The position numbers and the translations under genes were made by a program. A stretch of DNA of 64,000 nucleotides, from contig LCKI01000003.1 in the NCBI GenBank assembly GCA_001001345.1, positions 4,614 to 68,613 on the forward strand, read 5' to 3'. This document shows positions 44,501 to 53,487 of this stretch, piece by piece. The stretch's first letter is position 1; the number at the start of each line of letters is the position of its first letter. Source of the DNA: Parcubacteria group bacterium GW2011_GWC1_45_14 (lineage in GTDB: Bacteria; Patescibacteriota; Minisyncoccia; Moranbacterales; GWC2-37-73). The notes under the pieces were generated by a model. That model saw only the letters and a list, made by a program, of their open reading frames with translations. It was not told the DNA's origin and made no database searches.

Positions 44501-45105
44501 AGGATCTGCATCGGGCGAAGGCTCTTGAGATCGTCCTTGATTCCCCTGAACTGCTCTTTGAGTTCTTCCAAAGCTTTCTCCAATTCCTTGCTGTCGGCTT
44601 TGGCTGATTTTACTTCCTTCTGCTTGTTCTTATATTCTGATTCCAACTGATCCAAAACGGATTCGCGGGCTTCTTCATCGACATCCTTCACGATATATGA
44701 AGAGAAGTAAACGACTTTCTCAAGTTCCATCAGCGAGATACCCAAGGCGAGGCCGATCCTGGACGGAACACCCCTCAAAAACCAAATATGGGAAACAGGC
44801 ACGGCCAATTTGATGTGCCCCATCCTTTCGCGCCTAACAATCGAGCGGGTAACTTCCACTCCGCATTTGTCGCAGACGATCCCTTTGTAACGGATCCTTT
44901 TGTATTTTCCGCAATAACACTCCCAGTCCTTCGAAGGTCCGAAGATCTTCTCACAGAAAAGTCCGTCTTTTTCATACCTCTGCGTCCTGTAGTTGATAGT
45001 TTCAGGCTTGGTAATTTCGCCGTGCGACCAGTTCATGATCTCCTCCGGGCTCGCCAGCTTGAGCTTCACACTATTGAAGTCACTTACCTTGGTGATATTT
45101 TCCAT
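41518..45105 (-). CDS. rpoC: DNA-directed RNA polymerase subunit beta'
   Basis: 1195 aa. The Zn-binding '[35 protein letters not shown]' and conserved NADFDGD-region homologues. Confidence 0.97.
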   Translation of the reverse strand: MENITKVSDFNSVKLKLASPEEIMNWSHGEITKPETINYRTQRYEKDGLFCEKIFGPSKDWECYCGKYKRIRYKGIVCDKCGVEVTRSIVRRERMGHIKLAVPVSHIWFLRGVPSRIGLALGISLMELEKVVYFSSYIVKDVDEEARESVLDQLESEYKNKQKEVKSAKADSKELEKALEELKEQFRGIKDDLKSLRPMQILSELEYFNLSMRFGQVFTAGIGAEAVRSILEKTDVDKTIVELKKEIDNEDIVDKKKVLKRMKLYQGFKKSGLHLEWMLPTAIPVIPPDLRPMVALDGGRFATSDLNDLYRRIINRNNRLKKLIDLGAPEVITRNEKRMLQEAVDALFDNSARKGQASVAASTGQRRALRSLADALKGKQGRFRQNLLGKRVDYSGRSVIVVGPQLKLHQAGLPKKMALELFKPFIINKLIEKEYAHNVRTAGRMVDAEAEEAYEILDQIIEHHYVLLNRAPTLHRLSIQAFQPVLIEGKAIQVHPMVCAAFNADFDGDQMAVHVPLTDKAREESKNLMLSSKNLLKPASGEPIAVPSKDIVLGVYYITHTKDGVKGEGKIFASMNEAILAYQNDVIAINAKIKLDYEGSVIETSAGRIILNDILPEELRYLNEELTAKDIKVLVAKMLALKGQEETAKFIDRIKKLGFDFAKKSGISWGMDDLKVPAEKKEAIEKAEKDVELINDQYNMGLLTNEERKNRVIEVWNRAKNIIADAVKKSLDKEGPVYTMVHSKARGSESVVVQMMGMKGLVAGPTGETIELPVKSSFKEGFNVLEYFISTHGARKGMADTALRTATAGYLTRRLVDVSQDIIVREDDCGDKEGAYLYKADSDRIGLSFAPRIEGRYVAENVVDPKTGEVIIKKNALVEKADAKKIEEANIPQLKIRSVVTCKTKRGICKKCYGVDLGRSEIVQTGQAVGIVAAQAIGEPGTQLTMRTFHIGGVAGSDITQGLPRVEEIFENRPPKGESVISDVDGKILEIIDENKKTITIKVETQGKNSEIKEFQVPAETSLTVEKGQLIGKGTQFNEGHIDLKKLYETMGRQEVQRYIVKEIQEIYAAQGEGINDKHIEVIIRQMFSRIKIIEAGDTDLIPGDIVEKDQFNESNVEALAQKGESAAGEELIMGITKVALSTESFLSAASFQETARVLINAAVTGKDDKLRGLKENVIIGRLIPAGTGYREIGK

Positions 45106-45163
45106 AATGTTATTAAACTTAAGATTTTTACGAAGTTATTTAATGTTGGAATGCTTAGCCCTG

Positions 45164-48100
45164 TTAGATCTGGTCGATGTCAACTGCCGTCTTCGGTTCG
45201 TCTTCATCCTCTTCTTCACTGACCAAAGATCCGACTAATTCCACATCCAAACATAGTCCCTTAAGTTCATTAACGAGCACGTGGAACGACGCTGGTATGT
45301 TCGGACTCTTGATAGGTTCTCCCTTGATGATGGATTCATATGCTTTCGATCTTCCAAGGACGTCGTCCGATTTGATCGTGAGCATTTCCTGCAAGGTGTA
45401 AGCGGCTCCGTATCCTTCGAGCGCCCACACTTCCATTTCTCCGAACCTCTGTCCTCCGAACTGGGCCTTTCCTCCGAGAGGCTGCTGGGTGATGAGGGAG
45501 TATGGTCCGATCGAGCGCATATGTATCTTGTCTTCAACCAAGTGGTTCAGTTTCATGACATACATCACTCCGACCGTTACCTCGTTATCGAAATATTCTC
45601 CGGTTCTTCCGTCGATGAGTCTTGATTTTCCGTTCTCGGAAAGTCCGGCTTTCTTGAGTTCTTCCTTGATGTCCTCTTCAGTCACACCGTCCAGAGCTGG
45701 GGTAGCGGCCTTGTATCCAAGGTGGAGCGCCGCCCAACCAAGATGGGTTTCCAAAATCTGTCCGATGTTCATACGGCTGACGACTCCGAGCGGGTTCAAA
45801 ATGACATCCACCGGTCTTCCGTCCGGAAGGTGCGGCATGTCTTCGATAGGCGCTATCCTTGAGATAACACCTTTGTTTCCGTGTCGTCCGGCCAATTTGT
45901 CTCCGACGGAGACTTTTCTCAGCTGAGCAATGGAAACTTGGATCTGCTTGATGACTCCGGTCGAAAGCTTGTCTCCCTGCTCTCTGGAAAGGATCTTGAT
46001 GTCGACGATCTTTCCTTTCTCTCCATGAGGAAGGTAGAGTGAAGAATCCTTCACGTCTTTGGACTTCTCTCCGAAGATGGCTCGGAGCAATCTTTCTTCC
46101 GGGGTGAGGTCTCCCTCTCCCTTGGGAGTGATCTTTCCGACCAGGATGTCTCCTGATGAAACTTCCGCTCCGATCCTGATGATTCCGGTCTCGTCGAGGT
46201 TTTTCAATCTTTCCTCTCCGATGTTCGGGATGTCCCTCGTCACGACCTCCGGTCCAAGCTTCGTGTCTCGCACGTCTATCGAGAAATCCTCGATATGGAT
46301 CGAACTGTATCTGTCTTCATGCAAAAGTCTTTCTGAAAGGATGATGGCATCTTCATAGTTGTATCCTTCCCAAGAAACGAAAGCGACGACGGCGTTCTGT
46401 CCGAGCGCCAACTCTCCGTTGTCAGTGGCGGCCCCATCGGCAAGAAGCTGTCCTTTCTTCACTATCTGTCCTTTTTCCACTCTCGGCGACTGGCTCATGG
46501 AAGTGAAGGCGTTCGATTTCTGGAAAGACAGCAGGTTATATGTCCTCTTGAAATAATCTTTTTTAGCTCCGGCCGGGGCTTTTTCTTTGACCACGACATG
46601 GGCGGCGTCCACTTCGACGACTTCTCCGTCATTCATCGCCAAAACCACCTGACCTGAGTCAGCGGCAGCTTTGTCCTCGATTCCTGTTCCTACGATCGGA
46701 GACTGCGGAACGATACAAGGCACGGCCTGGCGCTGCATGTTCGATCCCATCAAAGCTCGGTTGGCATCGTCGTGCTCGATGAAAGGAATGAGCGAGGTCG
46801 CGACCGAGATGCACTGCTTGGCGGAAACGTCGAGATAATCCAACTTGGTGGACTCGATCATTCCAGGATGCCCTTTGATCCTGGCTTCCACGAACTCATC
46901 GGCGATGTTCCTGTTGTCGTCAAGATTGATCGTCGCATGCGCGATGACCATCCTGTCTTCCACAGTCGCGTTGATGTAGTCGATCTGTTCGATTATATAT
47001 GGTTTTACTTTGACGTTTTCTTTTTTCTCCTTGGCGATCTTCTTAGCCAATTCCTCGGAAACTTTCTCTCCGACTTTTCCTCCGGCGATTTCCTCGTTCA
47101 AAATCCTTCCGACCAAAAGTTCCGCTTTCGGCTCAACCTCATGCATCACCTTGATATAGGGAGTTTCCAAAAATCCGAATTCGTTGATCCTGGCGTAAGT
47201 TGCCATGTGTCCCACCAAACCGATGTTCGGTCCTTCAGGAGTCTCAATAGGACAGATCCTTCCGTAATGGGAATAGTGGACGTCGCGGACTTCAAAGCCA
47301 GCCCTTTCGCGGGTAAGTCCTCCCGGTCCCATCGCTGAAAGCCTTCTTTTGTGCTCAAGCTCGGCCAAAGGATTGACCTGGTCCATGAACTGCGAAAGCT
47401 GCGAAGATGAGAAGAATTCTTTGATAGCGGCGGCTACGGGCCTCGAGTTCACCAATTGTCCCGGAAGCACGGTCGCTACGTCGCAAGTACTCATCCTGTC
47501 CTTGATGTTCCTGCTCATTCTGGCCATACCGACCCTGAGCTTGTTCTGGATAAGCTCGCCGACTCCCCTGACTCTCCTGTTTCCAAGATGGTCTATATCG
47601 TCAGGCAAAGCGTTCGGATCATTGTTGAGTCGGATGATTTCCCTGATGACCAAAATGAGGTCGTCAAGGCGAAGGATTCTGTTTTCCTCATTGTCTTCCC
47701 TCTCGACGGTGAGCCTCTGGTTCATGCGGTACCTTCCGACGCTGCCGAAGTCATATTTCTCAAAATTGAAGAACATCGAATCGATCAGCTGCTTGGCGTT
47801 CTCCTCGGTCGCCAAATCTCCCGGCCTGATCCTTTTGTATATTTCCTTATATCCCTCTCCCTGGCTCTTGGTTATATCTTTGGCGATCGTAGTCTCGATG
47901 TAATTCACTTCTCCCTTGTCGATGTCGGCGAACTCCTGAATGATCTGCTCATCCGAGCTCATTCCGAAAGCTCGAAGCAGCGCCGTTACCGGAATCTTTC
48001 TCTTGCGATCGATTCTCACGTTGATGACGCCGGCGATGTCGGTGTCGATTTCAAGCCACGCTCCCCTATTAGGGATAAGTTTGGATCCGAAAAGCTTCTT

Positions 48101-48601
48101 TCCTTTCTGATATTCCATCGTAAAGAAGACTCCCGAACTCCTGATGAGCTGGCTGACCACGACTCTTTCGACTCCGTTGATTACAAAAGTTCCTCGGTCA
48201 GTCATGACCGGGAAATCTCCAAGATATATTTCCTGCTCCTTGACCTCGCCGGTCTTCTTGTTTACCAGGCGGGCTTTGGCGCGTAGAGGCGCCTCATAGG
48301 AAATGTTTTTGCTTTTGGCGGTAAGTTCGTCGTATTTAGGCTCGTCGAGATAGTAGTCTATGAATGAAAGCTCCAGATCTTTTCCTGTGAAATCCCCGAT
48401 AGGATTGACTTCATCGAAAAGCTCCTTAAGACCCTTTTCCAAAACCCACTGATATGAGTCCAATTGCCCTTCTATAAGGTTGGGCAGCGAGACCATCAGA
48501 TGCTTTCGGAAGAATTTCCTCTTGGAAAGCGATGAGGTGGAACTGTACGAATCTCTCATTTTCAGCACTTTTTTCTCTTTGAGCATAAAAACAACCCTCA
48601 C
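45164..48601 (-). CDS. rpoB: DNA-directed RNA polymerase subunit beta
   Basis: 1145 aa. 'ELEHKRRLSAMGPGGLTRERAGFEVRDVHYSHYGRICPIETPEGPNIGL'. Confidence 0.97.
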   Translation of the reverse strand: MRVVFMLKEKKVLKMRDSYSSTSSLSKRKFFRKHLMVSLPNLIEGQLDSYQWVLEKGLKELFDEVNPIGDFTGKDLELSFIDYYLDEPKYDELTAKSKNISYEAPLRAKARLVNKKTGEVKEQEIYLGDFPVMTDRGTFVINGVERVVVSQLIRSSGVFFTMEYQKGKKLFGSKLIPNRGAWLEIDTDIAGVINVRIDRKRKIPVTALLRAFGMSSDEQIIQEFADIDKGEVNYIETTIAKDITKSQGEGYKEIYKRIRPGDLATEENAKQLIDSMFFNFEKYDFGSVGRYRMNQRLTVEREDNEENRILRLDDLILVIREIIRLNNDPNALPDDIDHLGNRRVRGVGELIQNKLRVGMARMSRNIKDRMSTCDVATVLPGQLVNSRPVAAAIKEFFSSSQLSQFMDQVNPLAELEHKRRLSAMGPGGLTRERAGFEVRDVHYSHYGRICPIETPEGPNIGLVGHMATYARINEFGFLETPYIKVMHEVEPKAELLVGRILNEEIAGGKVGEKVSEELAKKIAKEKKENVKVKPYIIEQIDYINATVEDRMVIAHATINLDDNRNIADEFVEARIKGHPGMIESTKLDYLDVSAKQCISVATSLIPFIEHDDANRALMGSNMQRQAVPCIVPQSPIVGTGIEDKAAADSGQVVLAMNDGEVVEVDAAHVVVKEKAPAGAKKDYFKRTYNLLSFQKSNAFTSMSQSPRVEKGQIVKKGQLLADGAATDNGELALGQNAVVAFVSWEGYNYEDAIILSERLLHEDRYSSIHIEDFSIDVRDTKLGPEVVTRDIPNIGEERLKNLDETGIIRIGAEVSSGDILVGKITPKGEGDLTPEERLLRAIFGEKSKDVKDSSLYLPHGEKGKIVDIKILSREQGDKLSTGVIKQIQVSIAQLRKVSVGDKLAGRHGNKGVISRIAPIEDMPHLPDGRPVDVILNPLGVVSRMNIGQILETHLGWAALHLGYKAATPALDGVTEEDIKEELKKAGLSENGKSRLIDGRTGEYFDNEVTVGVMYVMKLNHLVEDKIHMRSIGPYSLITQQPLGGKAQFGGQRFGEMEVWALEGYGAAYTLQEMLTIKSDDVLGRSKAYESIIKGEPIKSPNIPASFHVLVNELKGLCLDVELVGSLVSEEEDEDEPKTAVDIDQI

Positions 48602-48928
48602 CCGTTCTTCCCCTGCTTCGATATGATGTTTATCGGAAGCCCGAGAAGCTCGAAAATGAGTTTATATTAAGACTATTTATTTACTTAATTGTAGGTTTTA
48701 CCATTCCCGCTTGACGCGAAGTCTGTTTATAGGGGGAATTAAAAGATGTGGAATAAAGTACCCGTACTTTCCTAGTTCGTGAATGTAGATTGAATTTAGC
48801 ATATAAAAAAGGAACTGTCAATAGTTCCTTTTCGTCAAGTCCCTGTCCTGTTTCGCCTTTATTCACAAGTTATCCACAACGTAAAACCCGACGCGTTGTC
48901 GGGTCACGTTGCACGGCACAATAAAGAT

Positions 48929-49477
48929 TCAATTCACCGCCTTAAAGGTCGGGATGATCTTATCGAAAAGCTCGACCGATTGTTCGACGCTCCGGCTGAG
49001 GTATGTCAGGGTGATCACGTCCTCTCCCTGGATGATCTTGGCGGTCTGATTCAAAACCTCCGCTTCCACCTTCTCAATCTTCACTCCATTGGCTTCAGTC
49101 AAAGGTTGGACATTCGCGCTCTCATCGGATTCCATGGTCTGTGCAAGCAGTTTCTCGGCAGAGATATCCTCGTCAGCTTCCTCGATCATCACGCTTATTT
49201 CCTCCGCTTCACCCTCTGCCACGAATTTTCCGCTTTCGTCCTGCAGTTTCCAATTTTCAGGCAAACTGAATTCGTAACCCTCGTTGTCGTTGCGGAAAAT
49301 CTTCCACGCCCCCTCATTCTCCTTCTTGGTGGAAGCGCCGTTCTCACTGCTGATGGAAATCGTCGGTGCGCTGTCAGTCGAAATATTCATAGCGCCCTTC
49401 CAAAAGATATAAGCGAAAGTTCCAGCAACTATAAGTATCACCGCGATGGCGAACTCACTGCTAAGTTTTTTGTCCAT
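48929..49477 (-). CDS. Hypothetical membrane-anchored acidic protein
   Basis: N-terminal TM segment. Terminator-like hairpins follow at 48811..48830 and 48880..48905. Confidence 0.4.
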   Translation of the reverse strand: MDKKLSSEFAIAVILIVAGTFAYIFWKGAMNISTDSAPTISISSENGASTKKENEGAWKIFRNDNEGYEFSLPENWKLQDESGKFVAEGEAEEISVMIEEADEDISAEKLLAQTMESDESANVQPLTEANGVKIEKVEAEVLNQTAKIIQGEDVITLTYLSRSVEQSVELFDKIIPTFKAVN

Positions 49478-49617
49478 TTTTGATGCGCCCGCCTGAAGTC
49501 TTAAATTAGACGAAGGAGAGCTTTAAAAAAGAAATTTAATATGGTTATATTATACAACAAAAAAATCCTGCCGACAAACAGGATTTTTTCCTATGGATAT
49601 GTATTTCGAAAAATTCC

Positions 49618-49890
49618 TTACTTACGGGCGACGCTTGCAATGTTCCAAGCGTCCGCCACCGTCTGCACGATGCGCGCGGAAGTGACCGAGCTCTCCTCGT
49701 CATATACGGCGACCGCTTTTCCAACTTGCTCTTTGGAAAAACCGTTGCATCTCAATAGGTTATCTATTTCACCAAGAAGTCTTTCGGAAAGAGAAAGGTC
49801 GCCATCCCAGCCTGACTGGGCGACGATCTTATCGCCGTCTTTTATCAGCAACTTCACATTGCTTTTTTCCAAAATTATCTCCAATACCAT
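49618..49890 (-). CDS. Short TsaB/YeaZ-like N-terminal-domain protein
   Basis: 'LLIKDGDKIVAQSGWDG...LSERLLGEIDNLL...SVTSARIVQTVADAWNIA' resembles the TsaB N-terminal half. Only 90 aa. Confidence 0.35.
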   Translation of the reverse strand: MVLEIILEKSNVKLLIKDGDKIVAQSGWDGDLSLSERLLGEIDNLLRCNGFSKEQVGKAVAVYDEESSVTSARIVQTVADAWNIASVARK

Positions 49891-49896
49891 AATTTG

Positions 49897-50682
49897 TTAT
49901 TTTAATTCATCCCAATCAAAGTTCCACGGATCAGTCTTTCTTCCGGGCGCGATATCATCGTGCCCCAGGACATATTTGATGTCATAATCCCCCTTTATCT
50001 TGGCGATCAAAGCGGATACCGCTTCGTATTGTTCGCTTGTGTATCCGTCGTCATAATTTCCCACGATCTCGATTCCGATCGAAAACGCGTTAATGTTCGT
50101 CCTGCCGTCCGGCACCGAACTTACTCCGGCGTGGTAGGAAACATCATTGTCTTTCACAAGTCGGTATGCCGTGCCATTGCGACCAATGATATAGTGCGCG
50201 CTTACTCCGTAACTCTTATAGATATCTATTATCTTGTCCACGTCATATTGATCGCCCCCGAGCGAATTGAATGAGGAATGCAAAATTACCGTGTCTATTT
50301 TCCTTTCTCCGCTGACTTTCTGAAATCCGAAAGAAACCAGCCTGTCTTCGATGTCCAAAGAAGTTTCCTTCTTCGCTTGGGCAGGTTCCTTTATGATTTC
50401 CTCCGGCTTAATGACGGTTTCCGTAGGCTTTTTCTGTTCCTGTTTGAACTGCTCGATTATTTCCTCCGGGGATTTCTCGATGATTTCGTCGCGCCTGACG
50501 TCTTCATCGGCCGGAGCCTGTTCGAAAACTACCTGGGGTTCCGCGGCTTTTTCCTCTGTTTCCCCGCTTTCCTGCGAAATCTCCATTTTCCCCGCTTTAC
50601 CGCCATAAAAAATATACCAAGCCGCCATGCCTGCCACAAAAAACACCGTAATGACTATTGAAATCGCTTTTTTCTTATCCAT
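49897..50682 (-). CDS. N-acetylmuramoyl-L-alanine amidase (Amidase_2/PGRP family) with an N-terminal membrane anchor
   Basis: 'HYIIGRNGTAYRLV...SYHAG...SIGIEIVG...YVLGHDDIAPGRKTDP'. Confidence 0.75.
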   Translation of the reverse strand: MDKKKAISIVITVFFVAGMAAWYIFYGGKAGKMEISQESGETEEKAAEPQVVFEQAPADEDVRRDEIIEKSPEEIIEQFKQEQKKPTETVIKPEEIIKEPAQAKKETSLDIEDRLVSFGFQKVSGERKIDTVILHSSFNSLGGDQYDVDKIIDIYKSYGVSAHYIIGRNGTAYRLVKDNDVSYHAGVSSVPDGRTNINAFSIGIEIVGNYDDGYTSEQYEAVSALIAKIKGDYDIKYVLGHDDIAPGRKTDPWNFDWDELK

Positions 50683-50858
50683 AAGCTTTTATATAATACG
50701 AAAATGCCATATTTTTATTTTAAACTAAAGAAAAAAGCGGATCCACCCACCTTTTTAACATATCTATTATAGCAAGACTTTATCTAGTCGTCCAAAACCC
50801 AGACATCAATATACTGGTTTTTTATATTGACTTCGACCACCTCCCCTGTTACAATCAT

Positions 50859-51500
50859 TTGAACCTGCGGTTATTTAAAAGCAACATAAAATACGCCAAA
50901 AAAAGGAGATCCACGATGCCGGAAAATTCAAGCGCTCCAACCTTGAAACCTAGCGTTCCGATGACCGTGAACCAGATACACGTACTGAAGACATTCATAC
51001 ATCTCAGTACTTCCGTGTTAGGAGGGGAGGCCTGCAGGCTTCGGCACGCGGCCATAAGAATCTGTGAATACTTGAACAAGCAGAATGTCTCCATCTCCAT
51101 CCAAACGGTCTATGCTTCGCTAGATTCCCTGGTTAAAATCGGCTTCCTGGCAATCTCTTCCAAACTGCGACTGCCCAAGGAAAGGACCGATTCCAAGTCT
51201 TACGACTTGAACAGAAGCTTCTACGACAACCATGACTATCACAAGGTCGAATCGTGGGAATGGCAGGCCCTCCTCAAACAAAGACGGGGCGAAAAGAAAG
51301 AAAAAGCGACCCCTCTCGAGCAACTCCTGCGGCCAGCCAAAAAGAAATTGACTGAACTGGAAAAACAGGTTGAAGACTTGCGAAAAAAAACGAACAAGCC
51401 GCAAGAAAAAATACTCCAGAAAAAAAGACAGATGGCCGAAATCAAAAAGGCCATGCAAAAACTCAAAGAAAGCGCAACCGCGCTCAAAGAAGTCATCTAG
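50859..51500 (+). CDS. Hypothetical protein with a coiled-coil, basic C-terminus; the likely start is Met at 50916
   Basis: ORF with a K/E-rich C-terminal coiled coil. Confidence 0.35.
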   Translation: MNLRLFKSNIKYAKKRRSTMPENSSAPTLKPSVPMTVNQIHVLKTFIHLSTSVLGGEACRLRHAAIRICEYLNKQNVSISIQTVYASLDSLVKIGFLAISSKLRLPKERTDSKSYDLNRSFYDNHDYHKVESWEWQALLKQRRGEKKEKATPLEQLLRPAKKKLTELEKQVEDLRKKTNKPQEKILQKKRQMAEIKKAMQKLKESATALKEVI

Positions 51501-51556
51501 CAAAGCGCATCAAAAAAGGAGCAGCCATCGGCCGCTCCTTTTTCAATTTCCTTTTT

Positions 51557-52297
51557 CTAATCCTTCTTCCCGAATTTCTCGAAAGCCCGAAGGACCTCGA
51601 TCGGGGTAGCGAAAATAACCGTATTGGACTGGTCTGACGAAAGATCATTCAAGGTATGCAGGGTTCGAAGGTGCAAAGCCCCGTCATGCCCGGAAAGAAT
51701 GCTGGCGGCCTTGGCGATGTTTTCGGCGGCGATAACCTCTCCCGAAGCTTTAATGATGACCGCCCTCTTCTCCCTCTCGGCCTCGGCCTGCTTGCCGATT
51801 ACCCTCTTCATCTCTTCCGGAAGAGTAACATCCTTGAGTTCCACGGACTGCACTTCAATTCCCCAAGCGTCCGATGCCTTGTCCACAATAGCCCTGATCT
51901 TTTCCGCAATCTGGTCGCGACTCGAAAGCAACTGATCCAGATCAACCTCTCCCACCACATTCCTCATCGTGGTCTGAGCCAGTTGGGAAACCGCGAACAA
52001 AAAGTTTTCAACTTCGATAATCGCTTTTTCCGAGTTGGAAACCTTGTAATAGATGACCGCGTTTACTCTGACTGAAATGTTGTCCTTGGTGATCGCCTCC
52101 TGATCCGGCACGTCCACTGCGCGCACACGGATATCCACCTTTTGGTAGCTCTGGAAAATCGGAACAACCAATCTCCAGCCAGGCTCCATAATGCCGACAT
52201 ATTTTCCTAACATGAACTTCACGCCTTTTTCATATTGATTGATCTGCTTGATGGAAACGAGCAGAACCGCCGCGATAAAAAGTAAAAAACCTGTCAT
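51557..52297 (-). CDS. SPFH/band-7 (stomatin/slipin-like) protein
   Basis: N-terminal TM segment and an SPFH core 'RVRAVDVPDQEAITKDNISVRVNAVIYYKV'. Confidence 0.8.
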   Translation of the reverse strand: MTGFLLFIAAVLLVSIKQINQYEKGVKFMLGKYVGIMEPGWRLVVPIFQSYQKVDIRVRAVDVPDQEAITKDNISVRVNAVIYYKVSNSEKAIIEVENFLFAVSQLAQTTMRNVVGEVDLDQLLSSRDQIAEKIRAIVDKASDAWGIEVQSVELKDVTLPEEMKRVIGKQAEAEREKRAVIIKASGEVIAAENIAKAASILSGHDGALHLRTLHTLNDLSSDQSNTVIFATPIEVLRAFEKFGKKD

Positions 52298-52334
52298 ATT
52301 TTTGTTCGTTTATTAATTAACCAGATGCCACGAT

Positions 52335-53108
52335 TTATTTGACCTCGTAATTAAGACCCATTTCTACGACGATTTCCTGCGTTCCGGTCGGCACATTGGC
52401 CGATGATTCCTTCGCGTCTCCGCCGTAACCCAAAGATGAGAACACCGGCCTAGGCTCCGGGGAACCGAGGACGTTCTCATACCAGCCGACTATCTTTCCC
52501 AATCTCGTTCCAGTGACCTGACTGAGCTCGGCCGCCTTGGCTTTCGCATCCGCAACCGCCAAAATCCTAGCCTGTTGGCGAAGGTCGCTCACCGAAGAGA
52601 CATCGAACGAGATTCCATTCACCTGGTTAGTGCCGGCTTTTCCCGCCTCGGCTATCACGGCGCTGACCGCATCCTTGTCCTCCTGGATATTTTCAACCTT
52701 GATGGAAAGCTGCTGCGCGGCGTTATATCCGGACTGCACGCTGCGCCCTTCCACAAAATCATATTGCGGATAGACGGAGTAGTTTTGCGTCTGGATGTTC
52801 TCCCTTTTGACTCCTGTCGCCACTACGGATTCGACGACTTTGTTGATTTTCTCATTGAGCTGGTTGAGCGCGCTCTCCGCTGTTTGGGCTTTGTCTATCT
52901 GGACCCCCAAAGTCACGACCGCGATGTCGGGCTGGTAAGCTACCTTTCCTTGCCCCGTGACCGTCACCTGGTTTTCCCTGGGACTCACGATCCTTTCGCG
53001 CACGAGCGCCGTGATCACGACGGCACCCACCAACAAAATCCCCGCCAGCATCAAGACGGCTTTGGGCTCCTTCCATCTCTCGCCCACAAGAACGGTTCTC
53101 TCTTCCAT
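52335..53108 (-). CDS. SIMPL-domain (DUF541) protein
   Basis: TM anchor plus repeated beta-sheet regions typical of SIMPL, with a 'GYNAAQQLSIKV' pattern. Confidence 0.65.
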   Translation of the reverse strand: MEERTVLVGERWKEPKAVLMLAGILLVGAVVITALVRERIVSPRENQVTVTGQGKVAYQPDIAVVTLGVQIDKAQTAESALNQLNEKINKVVESVVATGVKRENIQTQNYSVYPQYDFVEGRSVQSGYNAAQQLSIKVENIQEDKDAVSAVIAEAGKAGTNQVNGISFDVSSVSDLRQQARILAVADAKAKAAELSQVTGTRLGKIVGWYENVLGSPEPRPVFSSLGYGGDAKESSANVPTGTQEIVVEMGLNYEVK

Positions 53109-53267
53109 ATTTTTTTATTAATAAATTAAAAAGCACCTTGAAAGACTTTACTGCTCTTATATTACCACAAAACCGGTATAAAAATAACACCGCTGGTGGA
53201 AATATTCCACTCCATTGACCCTGTTAAATCCGCTTTCAGCGGTGCCGCGCTCGGCAATTTAACAGGG

Positions 53268-53296
53268 TTGACACCTTTTGCGCGCCATAGTATAAA
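53268..53296 (+). promoter_or_regulatory. Sigma-70 promoter: TTGACA, 17 nt spacer, TATAAA, upstream of the efflux operon
   Basis: Textbook -35/-10. It is preceded by the CTGTTAAAT..ATTTAACAG palindrome at 53221..53266. Confidence 0.6.
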
Positions 53297-53350
53297 GGAT
53301 AAGTATATACCCCCCTGGGGTATCATTAATCAATAACTAATTTATCCAGG

Positions 53351-53458
53351 ACTTACGCGTTTTGCTTCTTGGAATTTCCGGCAATATTGTTTTTTGCGCA
53401 CTGCCGGCCGACTCGGGAGGGAAAGGCAAGCAAAAAACAATATTTGTCGGAAAACCAA
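53351..53458 (+). ncRNA. Conserved roughly 105-nt leader element, copy 1 (copy 2 at 58108..58218); candidate cis-regulatory RNA
   Basis: About 90% identical to 58108..58218. Nested stems ttttgctt/aagcaaaa and tccggca/tgccgg. It lies between the promoter and ATG 53488. Confidence 0.5.
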
Positions 53459-53487
53459 CTAATCTCGTAATTAACTATTATCCAAAA

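Noticed and set aside
41518-48601. Many 60-300-aa ORFs on both strands inside rpoB and rpoC, for example 42434..43318 and 47456..48286
   Set aside because: They lie within well-supported, highly conserved rpoB/rpoC reading frames. They are typical spurious antisense or out-of-frame ORFs.
53362-53487. TTG-initiated N-terminal extension of the RND adaptor ORF (MLLGISGNIVFCALPADSGGKGKQ...)
   Set aside because: It translates through the conserved non-coding leader repeat. The second copy of that repeat at 58108-58218 is read in a different frame. A proper signal peptide begins at Met 53488.
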